From: a virus
Taxonomy: Duplodnaviria; Caudoviricetes
DNA length: 56,094 bases
Virus record (IMG/VR): IMGVR_UViG_3300033145_000771
Coordinates: 1-56,094 of that record
Strand: one strand, 5' to 3'
The position numbers were made by a program, and so were the translations under genes. The first letter of the stretch is position 1; each line of letters starts with the position of its first letter. Below are positions 1-8,380 of this stretch, piece by piece. A model generated the notes under the pieces. It was not told where the DNA came from, searched no databases, and saw only the letters and a program-made list of their open reading frames with translations.

Positions 1-114
1 TAAATTTCGTGACGGGCCATAATTTCGAATTATAAAGCGCTCTGCCATTTCTAATCTCCTTACTTCTCGAATAGGTTAGGATGTGGTCAGTCTTTCCAGC
101 AACACACATGCGTT
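1..114. repeat. Terminal direct repeat, identical to 55981-56094 (circular assembly overlap)
   Basis: First 114 nt identical to last 114 nt; overlap falls inside coding sequence. Confidence 0.95.
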
Positions 115-1350
115 GACGTTTTCGATTGCACAGTCGGCTCGAATACTGTAGAACCAATAGGTAGCCTCATCAGCAGCAACTCTCTGAGCTTCAATTTTAA
201 TAGCTCGTTGAATACCGATAATCAGGTTGCCTTTCGGAGTCAACAGACAATCGCCGTATTCTCCACCACCAAGTACACCTTGAGCGGCAGCAGACATCGT
301 TACTGGCATAGCAGGAACCGATACGATAGGCACGGTTCCATACTGAAGCGGGGCCTTGCCGAGAATTGCACTATCGCCGAGAATTGTTGACCTGGCAGCA
401 AGTGCGTCAACGTAATCCTGTGTAATCTGATCCGAGTTGAAGAACCTTAAATTGGCCATGCCGACTTTTTTGTACTTGGACGGTAGTCTTTTCAGCATTT
501 GACCATATTTGAACTCCCAGTTATACGGAGCGGAAGCATTTTGCTGGGCAATCATTCCATGCAAAGTAGTATCATAAGCATGGCATCTCCATGTTGCCGT
601 GCCGTCAACAACCGTCTGTCCCAAAGTAGTAGGCCATACTGGATGTGCAGCACCCGTCGTTCCAGCAACAGAACAGATGTAAATGAACCCATTAGCTGTA
701 TCAGGTTCACACATTACTCCTTGTGCAACAGCAGTAGAGGCACCCGGAGTTGTTGCCCAATCATCATGGTTCAAAGCTGTGATCAATGTTGCCCTACCGG
801 ATACATCGTTGTAATGCGTGCTAAGATAACCTGTAGCAGCTTGACTGTTGATAATTCGATATCGCCAACCGTCGTATAAACTTCGAGTATCAGTTGCAGC
901 AAATCCGCCGATACTTCCGGTATCGCCGATCCAGAAGATCTCTTCCAGTTCATTTGCGATCTTCGCGGTGACCATACGCATCACATGGTCTGCAAATGCG
1001 TTGCCTTCGATGTTATCCTCAAGGTCATCGTCATAGATAGCAACTGCTCCTCGCATCTTCTTACTGGTTAGCGGAATCTTTTGATCCGTCAAAGTCTTCA
1101 GATAATCGCCTGAAGTGAACGTTGTGCCTGGATATAAGAATCGATTATCGCCAAGCCCCAACGCTCGAACATTTTTCGTTTCTTTTGCCATCTTGACATA
1201 ACGAACACTGTCCTTCATAACTGATTCATCGACAATATAGTCAATGAATTGATCTGCCTCTTCTGCTTCAAGAGAAATGGCCGGTAACGAAACCATTTTC
1301 ACAAAAGACTTTTTATCATGAGGCATTAACAGTTTTTTATTTGTGAACAT
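76..1350 (-). CDS. Major capsid protein (HK97-fold) with an inserted ~60-aa domain
   Basis: Follows protease and scaffold; EEADQFIDYIVDES, IYDDDLEDNIEG, LLTPKGNLIIGIQRAI motifs; AGGAG RBS. Confidence 0.85.
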   Translation of the reverse strand: MFTNKKLLMPHDKKSFVKMVSLPAISLEAEEADQFIDYIVDESVMKDSVRYVKMAKETKNVRALGLGDNRFLYPGTTFTSGDYLKTLTDQKIPLTSKKMRGAVAIYDDDLEDNIEGNAFADHVMRMVTAKIANELEEIFWIGDTGSIGGFAATDTRSLYDGWRYRIINSQAATGYLSTHYNDVSGRATLITALNHDDWATTPGASTAVAQGVMCEPDTANGFIYICSVAGTTGAAHPVWPTTLGQTVVDGTATWRCHAYDTTLHGMIAQQNASAPYNWEFKYGQMLKRLPSKYKKVGMANLRFFNSDQITQDYVDALAARSTILGDSAILGKAPLQYGTVPIVSVPAMPVTMSAAAQGVLGGGEYGDCLLTPKGNLIIGIQRAIKIEAQRVAADEATYWFYSIRADCAIENVNACVLLERLTTS

Positions 1351-1393
1351 TTTTAGCTCCTTATTAACTTACATTAAACTTCGTTAGATATAC

Positions 1394-2365
1394 TTACTCA
1401 TCTTCAGATTCGCCTACTAAGCTTGGCCAGCTACCGATAGCCCGACCTTGGTCGTCTTTTTTGACTTCTCTCTTAGCAGGAGCAGGGTCTTCTTCAAGGC
1501 TCTTTTTGGTTCCGGCGGGTTGGCCTTCAATAGTTTTCAGCCTCTTAGAAACGTCGGTCAGCTGCTCGGTAATCGTTGTTAGCTGGTCAGAAGTTTCCTT
1601 CTTTTCAAGTTGGCCGGTGATAGCAGCTACCGATTTAGCTAAATCCTCAACAGTCTGTTTGAGTTCCGAGGAATTATCATCGGTCTTCGATGTATCTGCT
1701 TTCTTTGTGGGCAGCAACGCCTGAGCTTCTGCAATCAAAGTCTCAAGCTTCTTCGTTTGCTCATCAGAAGCTTTATCAACTTTTTCCGAATCTGCTTTTT
1801 CTGTCGGCTTGTAACCTTGACCAGCATGAATAGCAATTAAACCAATTGCCGCACCGAGGTCAGTTGGAAAGTCGTCTTTGTAACCTTCAATAGTCTCCAG
1901 AGCCTTTACGATTTCGGTTATCGTCGCTTCGTTAAACTCTGCTTTTTCGAATTTGGTGATCTTCTCACCGAACGTCTTTTCTATAATTTTCTTAATTCTT
2001 TCGTCCATAGGACTGTCTCCTTTTGCGAGGTAGTAAGATTCGGTACGTTGAAAGCCACCTTCAGATTCTACGAGTTTGGAGTAAGAACAGCTAACCGAAG
2101 AATCATCAGGAGATTCACTCCAGACGCTGAAATTAAAGCTCTTCATATTAGCTATTTTTTCACCGTTAACTGTAACCGTAGTATTTTTCTTTGTACCGTC
2201 ACTTTCTATCTCAATGTTAATTTTCTTTTTTGCCTTCAAGAGAGAACCATCGCTTGGCTTCCCTTCTTGTTTGAACAATAGAAATGGTCTCTTGTTCGCA
2301 GGTTTGTCTACAAGAGACACTTCTTTAAGCGTGATATCTTTCATCTTTCTGCTTTTTTCAATCAT
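1394..2365 (-). CDS. Capsid scaffold-like protein with N-terminal protease-strand motif EVSLVDKPAN
   Basis: AGGAG RBS before ATG 2365; charged coiled-coil C-terminus; directly upstream of capsid gene. Confidence 0.7.
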   Translation of the reverse strand: MIEKSRKMKDITLKEVSLVDKPANKRPFLLFKQEGKPSDGSLLKAKKKINIEIESDGTKKNTTVTVNGEKIANMKSFNFSVWSESPDDSSVSCSYSKLVESEGGFQRTESYYLAKGDSPMDERIKKIIEKTFGEKITKFEKAEFNEATITEIVKALETIEGYKDDFPTDLGAAIGLIAIHAGQGYKPTEKADSEKVDKASDEQTKKLETLIAEAQALLPTKKADTSKTDDNSSELKQTVEDLAKSVAAITGQLEKKETSDQLTTITEQLTDVSKRLKTIEGQPAGTKKSLEEDPAPAKREVKKDDQGRAIGSWPSLVGESEDE

Positions 2366-2376
2366 TAGCAAAACTC

Positions 2377-3354
2377 CTAATCTGTTCTTGCGTAACCTGC
2401 CATTGAATAACCTGTCAACTTGCCCTTCTTGATCGCTTTCCAGATCTTGTTGTCAAGTATTCTGGTAACTAATACCCATGAGCCTTTCTTGACCGACTTT
2501 CCTTCGATCACAAAGTCTACAGGAGCAAGATAGTTCTCCAGTATTCGTACCTTAACATTCTTACCTTTGTGCATCACCTTGAAGGTTTGTACTTTTTCCA
2601 TAAACTGATACGCAGCTTTACGGATTTCCTCTGCATTCGCTTCGTCGCCTTGACTGTCTTCTTCATCCGGCTCGTACACAATACCGTAGACAATGCGCTC
2701 CTCTTTCTTAGTAGCTTTAAGAAGAGGTATAAAAGACACTTCTTTCTCAAACATCGGCTTACCGAGTTTGGAAGAACTTTCTACTTTTGGCATTTCTACC
2801 TTCTCTACTTTACAAGCTGGACGCAAAACCTTATCGAACAATGGAATGCAGTCACCACTAAAATCGGTCGTATAGACAAACACACAAGGCTTATCAAGCT
2901 GTTCACCAAGCATCTTGGTAATCGATTCTTCTAAAACCTCGTTTGGCTCGTCTTCATTAGACCATATAACAACCTCTACATCGTCGTTCTCCGCGGTAGC
3001 GAAATCTTCTTTGATAAGCACGGCCACTTTATCTAAGACAATTGGTTTGAATTGAGCAATATCTAAACCGACTCTCTTTATCTCCATCGCTTTTTTGAAT
3101 GCCTGCCGATCGATTGGCTCAGTGCTGTTCTCTAAATCTCGATTACGCATTACTTTCAACAGCATTCTGTATTTCGCTATAACGTCATTACGGTTAAGAC
3201 TTCCAACAACAATATCTTCGCTCTTCTCAAAGTGTTTGTTCCATAGGCCCATGAATCTCAATTTAAGCACATGCAACTCTCTGTCAGAAGCTTTGTTCAA
3301 CTGTTCATGTTCCAAGTCTTCTATACGTAATTTAATCTTATCGAACATATTCAT
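2377..3354 (-). CDS. XkdF-like prohead serine protease core with long N-terminal extension
   Basis: IVYGIVYEPD..D.QGD, MH, ENYLAP, KKGSWVL, IKKGKLTGYSMAG motifs. Confidence 0.85.
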   Translation of the reverse strand: MNMFDKIKLRIEDLEHEQLNKASDRELHVLKLRFMGLWNKHFEKSEDIVVGSLNRNDVIAKYRMLLKVMRNRDLENSTEPIDRQAFKKAMEIKRVGLDIAQFKPIVLDKVAVLIKEDFATAENDDVEVVIWSNEDEPNEVLEESITKMLGEQLDKPCVFVYTTDFSGDCIPLFDKVLRPACKVEKVEMPKVESSSKLGKPMFEKEVSFIPLLKATKKEERIVYGIVYEPDEEDSQGDEANAEEIRKAAYQFMEKVQTFKVMHKGKNVKVRILENYLAPVDFVIEGKSVKKGSWVLVTRILDNKIWKAIKKGKLTGYSMAGYARTD

Positions 3355-5279
3355 TATCCTTTGATTTTTTGGTTTGGAACTCTATGTCTAACTTTCGGCT
3401 TTGCTACAACAGGCTTCGTAGGCTTAACCGTAGGTATCTTCCCAACAGGAGGTTTACCACTAAGCCCTCCTTTGTGACCAAGCTTGCGTAGAGCACGGCT
3501 GATCTTGCTTGATTCGGCAGGACCTGCCTCCTCTAATTTATTGAGCAGACTCTGCACTTGTCCATCATGCAGTCTATCCGGCATAATACACGATGCGTTT
3601 GCCACTTCTCCCGGAGACCCCTGGCAGGGAGGTAAATCATTAACAACGGGCAGCATGGCACATCGGCAATTATGACTTGCAATTCCATTAGCAATATAGT
3701 ATGATTCGGTTGTTTCTAAATTGTAAACATAATTACTGAAATTAAAGGAGTTGATATGTACAACCGAATCGACAAAGAAATCGTTACACAAATTGTCAAT
3801 TTGTACGTTTCCGGATGGTCCGAAAATAGTGTTGCTCTGCATTTTGGATATAGCAGACGCTGTATTCGCAAACGTCTTTTGGATTCCGGTATTCATATCA
3901 GGAACCAAAGCGAGGCCGAAGCACTCAAATGGTCGCAAATGAGTCTTGAGCAACGAAAGGAACAAATTAAAGCTGCTCATGATGCGGCTAAGGGTCGGAC
4001 TGTAAGCTGGTCTACCAAATGCAAACATGCAAAAACGGTCGAAAAGAGACCAAGCAATGTCTCTGAATACGAGATTGTTGTTCAACGAAAGCTGTTTGTT
4101 AGAGGCATTCCGACCATCGCTCAGAAGGCTATCGGTGCCTATAATTGCGATATTGCTGCCAGTCCCGTCATAGTGGAAGTCTGGGGCGGAAACTGGCACT
4201 TCTTTGGTGATCACGCCCGGCGATGCGAAGAACGACTCAGCTATATCCTCAATTGTGGTTGGTTTGTTTATATCCTGCCAATCACTAAAAGATTCCCCCT
4301 GACGGAGGCCATGGCTGATAACTTGGCTTCCTATATCAAGCGAATTCGCAGGGACAAACCCTCTATTCGAGAGTATAGGATGGTTTGGTGTGGCTCTGAT
4401 TATACGACCAGTGGCTGTCTTGATAATATGAATTTTCCCCTTGTACCAACGTTTACTGGCCGCCGTAATCCTGCCTCTGGGAGATATGAGAGAATCGCCC
4501 GGTAGGCAATTTGGGTGGACAGGTATTATCCCTTTTGCCTCCGCTGCGGAATATCTTGTTTCATCCAAACCTAAACAATCGCCACAAGCACCCGGAGAAG
4601 CTGAGAATTCAACTTCAGTGACTCCCACATCTTCTAAGCCTTGTACATAGCCTATATTCTGGGCACGGGCCGTTTCGGTCCGGGCTATGGTAGCTGCACG
4701 CCTTCGGTGGGTCTTGCCGGCATATCGCTGGACCTTCTTATTAATATCGGCCGGCTTTAACTTTGGATACTTTTCTTTGTTCTCAAGAAGCCTGCGATAA
4801 TTGATAATCGACTGCGTTTGATTCTCTGTCAAGCCTACTAAGGGACGGAGTTCGCGGGCAATTTTCGGCATTCCCCGGCCTTCCTTTATCCCGGTTTTAA
4901 TGTAGGTACGAATGCCCATCTTCGTTTTCTTCGTGACTTCTCGTACCAATTCAGCGGTAAATTTTTCAGCAGCAGTAACTGCATTGACATTAAGTACGTC
5001 AAAAGCACCCTTTACCTGAAGTAACTTATAGGCATTATTTCCGCCTGTCTGCATGATTTTTAATGTAGCGGGTTTAAGCATCTCCCGTCCACGTTCCTCG
5101 ATGAAACCCCAATCGGATAACTCGGATGTAATATCCTTAATAAATTTATGTGTTAAGTCGTGACGGATCTGCTTATGGGCAAAATAAAACCAACTACGCA
5201 CAGCAATTAGCATAGTATTCTTATTCCTGCCTACTAAGCTGCTTAAATCACTCTGAATTGTCTTAGCTATAGTAATCAC
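3354..5279 (-). CDS. Minor head morphogenesis protein (MuF/SPP1 gp7-like) containing an intein
   Basis: RAATIARTETARA, C-x2-C, and HPN|CRC motif split by an intein. Confidence 0.85.
   Translation of the reverse strand: MITIAKTIQSDLSSLVGRNKNTMLIAVRSWFYFAHKQIRHDLTHKFIKDITSELSDWGFIEERGREMLKPATLKIMQTGGNNAYKLLQVKGAFDVLNVNAVTAAEKFTAELVREVTKKTKMGIRTYIKTGIKEGRGMPKIARELRPLVGLTENQTQSIINYRRLLENKEKYPKLKPADINKKVQRYAGKTHRRRAATIARTETARAQNIGYVQGLEDVGVTEVEFSASPGACGDCLGLDETRYSAAEAKGIIPVHPNCLPGDSLISPRGRITAASKRWYKGKIHIIKTATGRIIRATPNHPILSNRGFVPANSLDIGSQVISHGLRQGESFSDWQDINKPTTIEDIAESFFASPGVITKEVPVSAPDFHYDGTGSNIAIIGTDSLLSDGRNASNKQLSLNNNLVFRDIAWSLFDRFCMFAFGRPAYSPTLSRIMSSFNLFLSLLKTHLRPFECFGLALVPDMNTGIQKTFANTASAISKMQSNTIFGPSGNVQIDNLCNDFFVDSVVHINSFNFSNYVYNLETTESYYIANGIASHNCRCAMLPVVNDLPPCQGSPGEVANASCIMPDRLHDGQVQSLLNKLEEAGPAESSKISRALRKLGHKGGLSGKPPVGKIPTVKPTKPVVAKPKVRHRVPNQKIKG
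3677..3705 (+). promoter_or_regulatory. Sigma70-like promoter for antisense endonuclease
   Basis: TTGCAA(3677-3682)-17 nt-TATGAT(3700-3705); AAGGAG RBS at 3745-3750. Confidence 0.6.
3756..4505 (+). CDS. HTH + Vsr/DUF559-like PD-(D/E)XK endonuclease, antisense inside the MuF intein
   Basis: HTH (LYVSGWSENSVALHFGYSRRCIRKRL); SEYE...YNCDIA..VIVEVWGGNWH...LNCGWFV; RBS and promoter. Confidence 0.8.
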   Translation: MYNRIDKEIVTQIVNLYVSGWSENSVALHFGYSRRCIRKRLLDSGIHIRNQSEAEALKWSQMSLEQRKEQIKAAHDAAKGRTVSWSTKCKHAKTVEKRPSNVSEYEIVVQRKLFVRGIPTIAQKAIGAYNCDIAASPVIVEVWGGNWHFFGDHARRCEERLSYILNCGWFVYILPITKRFPLTEAMADNLASYIKRIRRDKPSIREYRMVWCGSDYTTSGCLDNMNFPLVPTFTGRRNPASGRYERIAR

Positions 5280-5521
5280 CGGCTTATAATTACCCCCTGA
5301 CGAATCAGTTTATTAAAATTATAAGCTTCAATTCCTTCAACAACTACACTCTGCACTGCCCGTTCAAACTGTTGCTGCTCAAGCTCTTTAGCCCGGGCAA
5401 CTCGCTTATTGGCAGGTTTGCATTTGTGCATCTTTTTCTTCTCTTCAAATTCTGCAAGACAAGCTGCCTCGAATTCTTCGCCACAATCACTACAAACAAA
5501 AGTTTCGATTTTTACGGTCAT
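5276..5521 (-). CDS. Small Zn-finger protein
   Basis: C-x2-C...H-x-C; in late operon. Confidence 0.55.
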   Translation of the reverse strand: MTVKIETFVCSDCGEEFEAACLAEFEEKKKMHKCKPANKRVARAKELEQQQFERAVQSVVVEGIEAYNFNKLIRQGVIISR

Positions 5522-5660
5522 GTTCGGCTTTAGCCTCTTTTATACTTGCTTCTTCATCGAAAAATTTCACAGTCTTTACTCTGTCTTTTCTGAAGTTGAC
5601 AGTTCGTTCACAAAGATACGTTTGAGCTACTTTCACTCCACTTCTATCAGTATCAGACAT

Positions 5661-6263
5661 CTATTCCCCAAAATCAGTCGATGGAAAGAACGCGCCGTCT
5701 GCCAATCTCCCAGTGCGTAATGATTTAGTAGGCAATGTGACCCTCTGCCTGTTTTTCACAGCCTGAACCCACACACGTTGCGCTCCTTTGGAATAGGCAT
5801 CAGTAAGAACCGGAGGTTCGGCTGGATACAATATTGGCGGACTATCAGTAACAGCTAAAACTAAAAGTGTTCGGCTATCACTTAAACCGATAATATTCGT
5901 AGCAGTCAAATTCAAATAATGAACGCCAACTACTGGTGCCATAAAAATGAAGTCAAAGTGTTGGCTCCATCCGCCTCCCAACTCCTTGACTTTATCTCCT
6001 TTGGTTACTGTTATTCCTTCCATGCCGGTAATAGTCAACTCTGTATCAAGCCCCCATTCGTTCCAAGCCGCCACATGATACACACTTGAAATATTTGGCC
6101 CGGTAATCGTCCACGCCATTACATCGCTATCGCAACAATTGACGTCATATTCAAACGGAACGTCGTATGGAATCGGAGGTCGTTCAATAGCTCCAGCTAA
6201 ATTTACCAGTCCATACATTAGCATGAATATAACAAAAGCAATCAACCAGATGTACAACTTCAT
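5661..6263 (-). CDS. Hypothetical membrane or secreted protein
   Basis: N-terminal hydrophobic helix; coupled to portal stop. Confidence 0.55.
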   Translation of the reverse strand: MKLYIWLIAFVIFMLMYGLVNLAGAIERPPIPYDVPFEYDVNCCDSDVMAWTITGPNISSVYHVAAWNEWGLDTELTITGMEGITVTKGDKVKELGGGWSQHFDFIFMAPVVGVHYLNLTATNIIGLSDSRTLLVLAVTDSPPILYPAEPPVLTDAYSKGAQRVWVQAVKNRQRVTLPTKSLRTGRLADGAFFPSTDFGE

Positions 6264-7621
6264 TCTATTTCTCCTTCCAAAAATACTTCTTCTGCTTTGC
6301 TTAACAATTCGTCCGGTTCTCCCACTTCAACAAAGGCAGAACCTATGTAAAATTTATCGCCTTCTGGATATCCTTTTCCTATGCCTAAATCTCTTCGTGC
6401 TTCATTCGGTGTTTCAATACCATGCTCAACTAAGGAATTATGTTGTGTTACCTCAGCATCGTAGTTGCGGCAATCTATATCATTGAATTTGAACTCATAA
6501 ATTTCCGATTGCAATAGTTTATCGTTTATAATTTCTTCGAGGTCCAACTGCAATGGCTCAATTACGCTTTGCACATAGATCTTTGTCGCCTCAGATGCAA
6601 CATTACCACCTAACTTGCCTATTACTCTAACCCCTATTCTTTCAGGCGGCATAGAATATGCGATCATAATATTGTTCCGGCGCTCCTGTTCGTACAGCTT
6701 AAAACTACCTTCTTTTGGATTTCCTACGAGAGGTGTGTATATGAACTTGCATCCATCCGGTTGTTTAACGACCATAGTGCTATGAGCATTTTCTGTTCCT
6801 CGAAGTCTATTATTAACAAATTGCTTTACTTGCTTATCAGATCCTTCTTCCCACTCTCCTTCAAGAACAATAATAGCAGCAGGGATGCCATAATTCTGAA
6901 AGAACGCTAAGTTATAATCTCGTTGACTGATTGCTCCAATCACATCTCCAATAGCAGGAAGCACGTCTGGGACACCGTAGTAATCCGAACGAGGGTAGTA
7001 ATTCTTATGAAAGATTAATTCGTTAGCGGCATTTGATTTAGTTTTGCTTTCTCTTCCGTCCTTCGCTGTAATATCTTTTTCGTAGCCGAACTTTTTGAAC
7101 CATACCTTTTTGGTGTCCCGAATCTGGCAGTATTTGTTTTTCTCTCGATGGACTTTTATAGTATAAGCAGGTACATGATAAATTTCCGCTACATGCTCTT
7201 TATCTTTAGCGCGAATAACTTCTAAACCGAACCATCCGATTGAGCCCCAATCAATAAGCAGCTCCTTCAATACGGCACGAAAAGAACAACCTGGATTAGG
7301 GTGTTCTAAGAATGCTTGAATCCTTTCGAGTTCTGTTTTGTCATCCTTCTTATCTGTTCGAAGTTGCAGTGACCAACCAAGTCCTGCTACGTCGATTGCA
7401 ATCTGCTTAACACAACGAGCGAAAGTAACGTTGGACTCAAGCAACACTAAGAACGCTGCAGGAGAATACGGAGGTTCAACTAAGCCTGCCTGAGTCAAAA
7501 ACTGTTGGTTTTGCTTAAGCTGCTTGCTGCTCTCTTTCTTTGCTTTGGCCAATAGATCGTAAGCGTAAATACCTTTAGTTGTCTGAACCAATACGTTGCC
7601 TTTTTTCTTTTCCTCAGCCAT
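6260..7621 (-). CDS. Portal protein (PBSX/HK97-like)
   Basis: HPNP, YYGVPD, FFQNYGIP, MPPERIG, TPNEAR motifs. Confidence 0.9.
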   Translation of the reverse strand: MAEEKKKGNVLVQTTKGIYAYDLLAKAKKESSKQLKQNQQFLTQAGLVEPPYSPAAFLVLLESNVTFARCVKQIAIDVAGLGWSLQLRTDKKDDKTELERIQAFLEHPNPGCSFRAVLKELLIDWGSIGWFGLEVIRAKDKEHVAEIYHVPAYTIKVHREKNKYCQIRDTKKVWFKKFGYEKDITAKDGRESKTKSNAANELIFHKNYYPRSDYYGVPDVLPAIGDVIGAISQRDYNLAFFQNYGIPAAIIVLEGEWEEGSDKQVKQFVNNRLRGTENAHSTMVVKQPDGCKFIYTPLVGNPKEGSFKLYEQERRNNIMIAYSMPPERIGVRVIGKLGGNVASEATKIYVQSVIEPLQLDLEEIINDKLLQSEIYEFKFNDIDCRNYDAEVTQHNSLVEHGIETPNEARRDLGIGKGYPEGDKFYIGSAFVEVGEPDELLSKAEEVFLEGEIE

Positions 7622-7899
7622 TATTTTTTCTCTGATGCTGGTTCGAATCTAATATATGATTGCTTGTGGTCTTTCAACCACTTCTTTGCTTGCTTGATTG
7701 TGAATTTACTTTTCGGAAAACGTATAGATTGCAACGTTGTTGTTGTTTTTCCTTTCAAAGGTCCACCATAGAACATGATACCTTCTTTACTGGTATTGAA
7801 CACACGAACTCGTGCAAACAACCCCGGACTCTTTATTCGGGCACTATGAAAATTTGGATACGGCATTTGTTGGCTTCTTTCCTTGATGTAATATTTCAA
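7621..7899 (-). CDS. Hypothetical protein (likely start MPYPN)
   Basis: Basic ORF coupled to the portal gene. Confidence 0.55.
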   Translation of the reverse strand: MKYYIKERSQQMPYPNFHSARIKSPGLFARVRVFNTSKEGIMFYGGPLKGKTTTTLQSIRFPKSKFTIKQAKKWLKDHKQSYIRFEPASEKK

Positions 7900-7907
7900 A
7901 CTCTTGT

Positions 7908-8186
7908 TTAAGGATTTCTTGATATCCTTGTTTTATTATTAGCATCTTCAACAGTAACACCTACTTTCTTCAACCCTTCTCTTATGCGATCGGCAAGCTC
8001 ATATTCGGCTTTCTCTCTCAACACCCGACGAACACTGATGAGAAGATTTTCCATGATAATCATCTTTTCTTTTTCTGATTTTCTTTGCTGTTCGATACGA
8101 CCGAATTCTTCCTCTAAATAATCGAAAAGACCCATCAAGGATTCTACCTTGTACCTCGCCTCTTTTTTGATTTCCTGGAAATCCAT
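7908..8186 (-). CDS. Protein with a CysRS C-terminal (anticodon-binding)-like segment
   Basis: REKAEYELADRIREGLKKVGVTVED resembles the CysS C-terminal motif. Confidence 0.5.
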   Translation of the reverse strand: MDFQEIKKEARYKVESLMGLFDYLEEEFGRIEQQRKSEKEKMIIMENLLISVRRVLREKAEYELADRIREGLKKVGVTVEDANNKTRISRNP

Positions 8187-8380
8187 ATCAAAACTTCTTT
8201 ACGTTTAACCGTAATTCTGCCACCAAGTTAACAATCTTTTCAAACGATAAGTATTACGACGTCCCCAAGAGCCTCTCATCTTTTCATTTAGCGACGAATA
8301 AAAGCCGGAGTCTATCTTCGGTTCTTTCGGCTCATCCTCGTATGTCATCTCAGATACACTGTTTGGATAACTTGTAGCAC

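Larger units (their letters stand above)
3669..4508 (-). mobile_element. Intein (280 aa) in MuF protein; no in-frame endonuclease
   Basis: Starts CLPGD; block B TPNHP; ends VYNLET...NGIASHN followed by C; splicing restores HPNCRC. Confidence 0.9.

Noticed and set aside
2362-2379. Stop read-through or recoding fusing protease and scaffold
   Set aside because: Different frames, an in-frame TAA follows, separate RBS; all three stop codons are used normally in the genome
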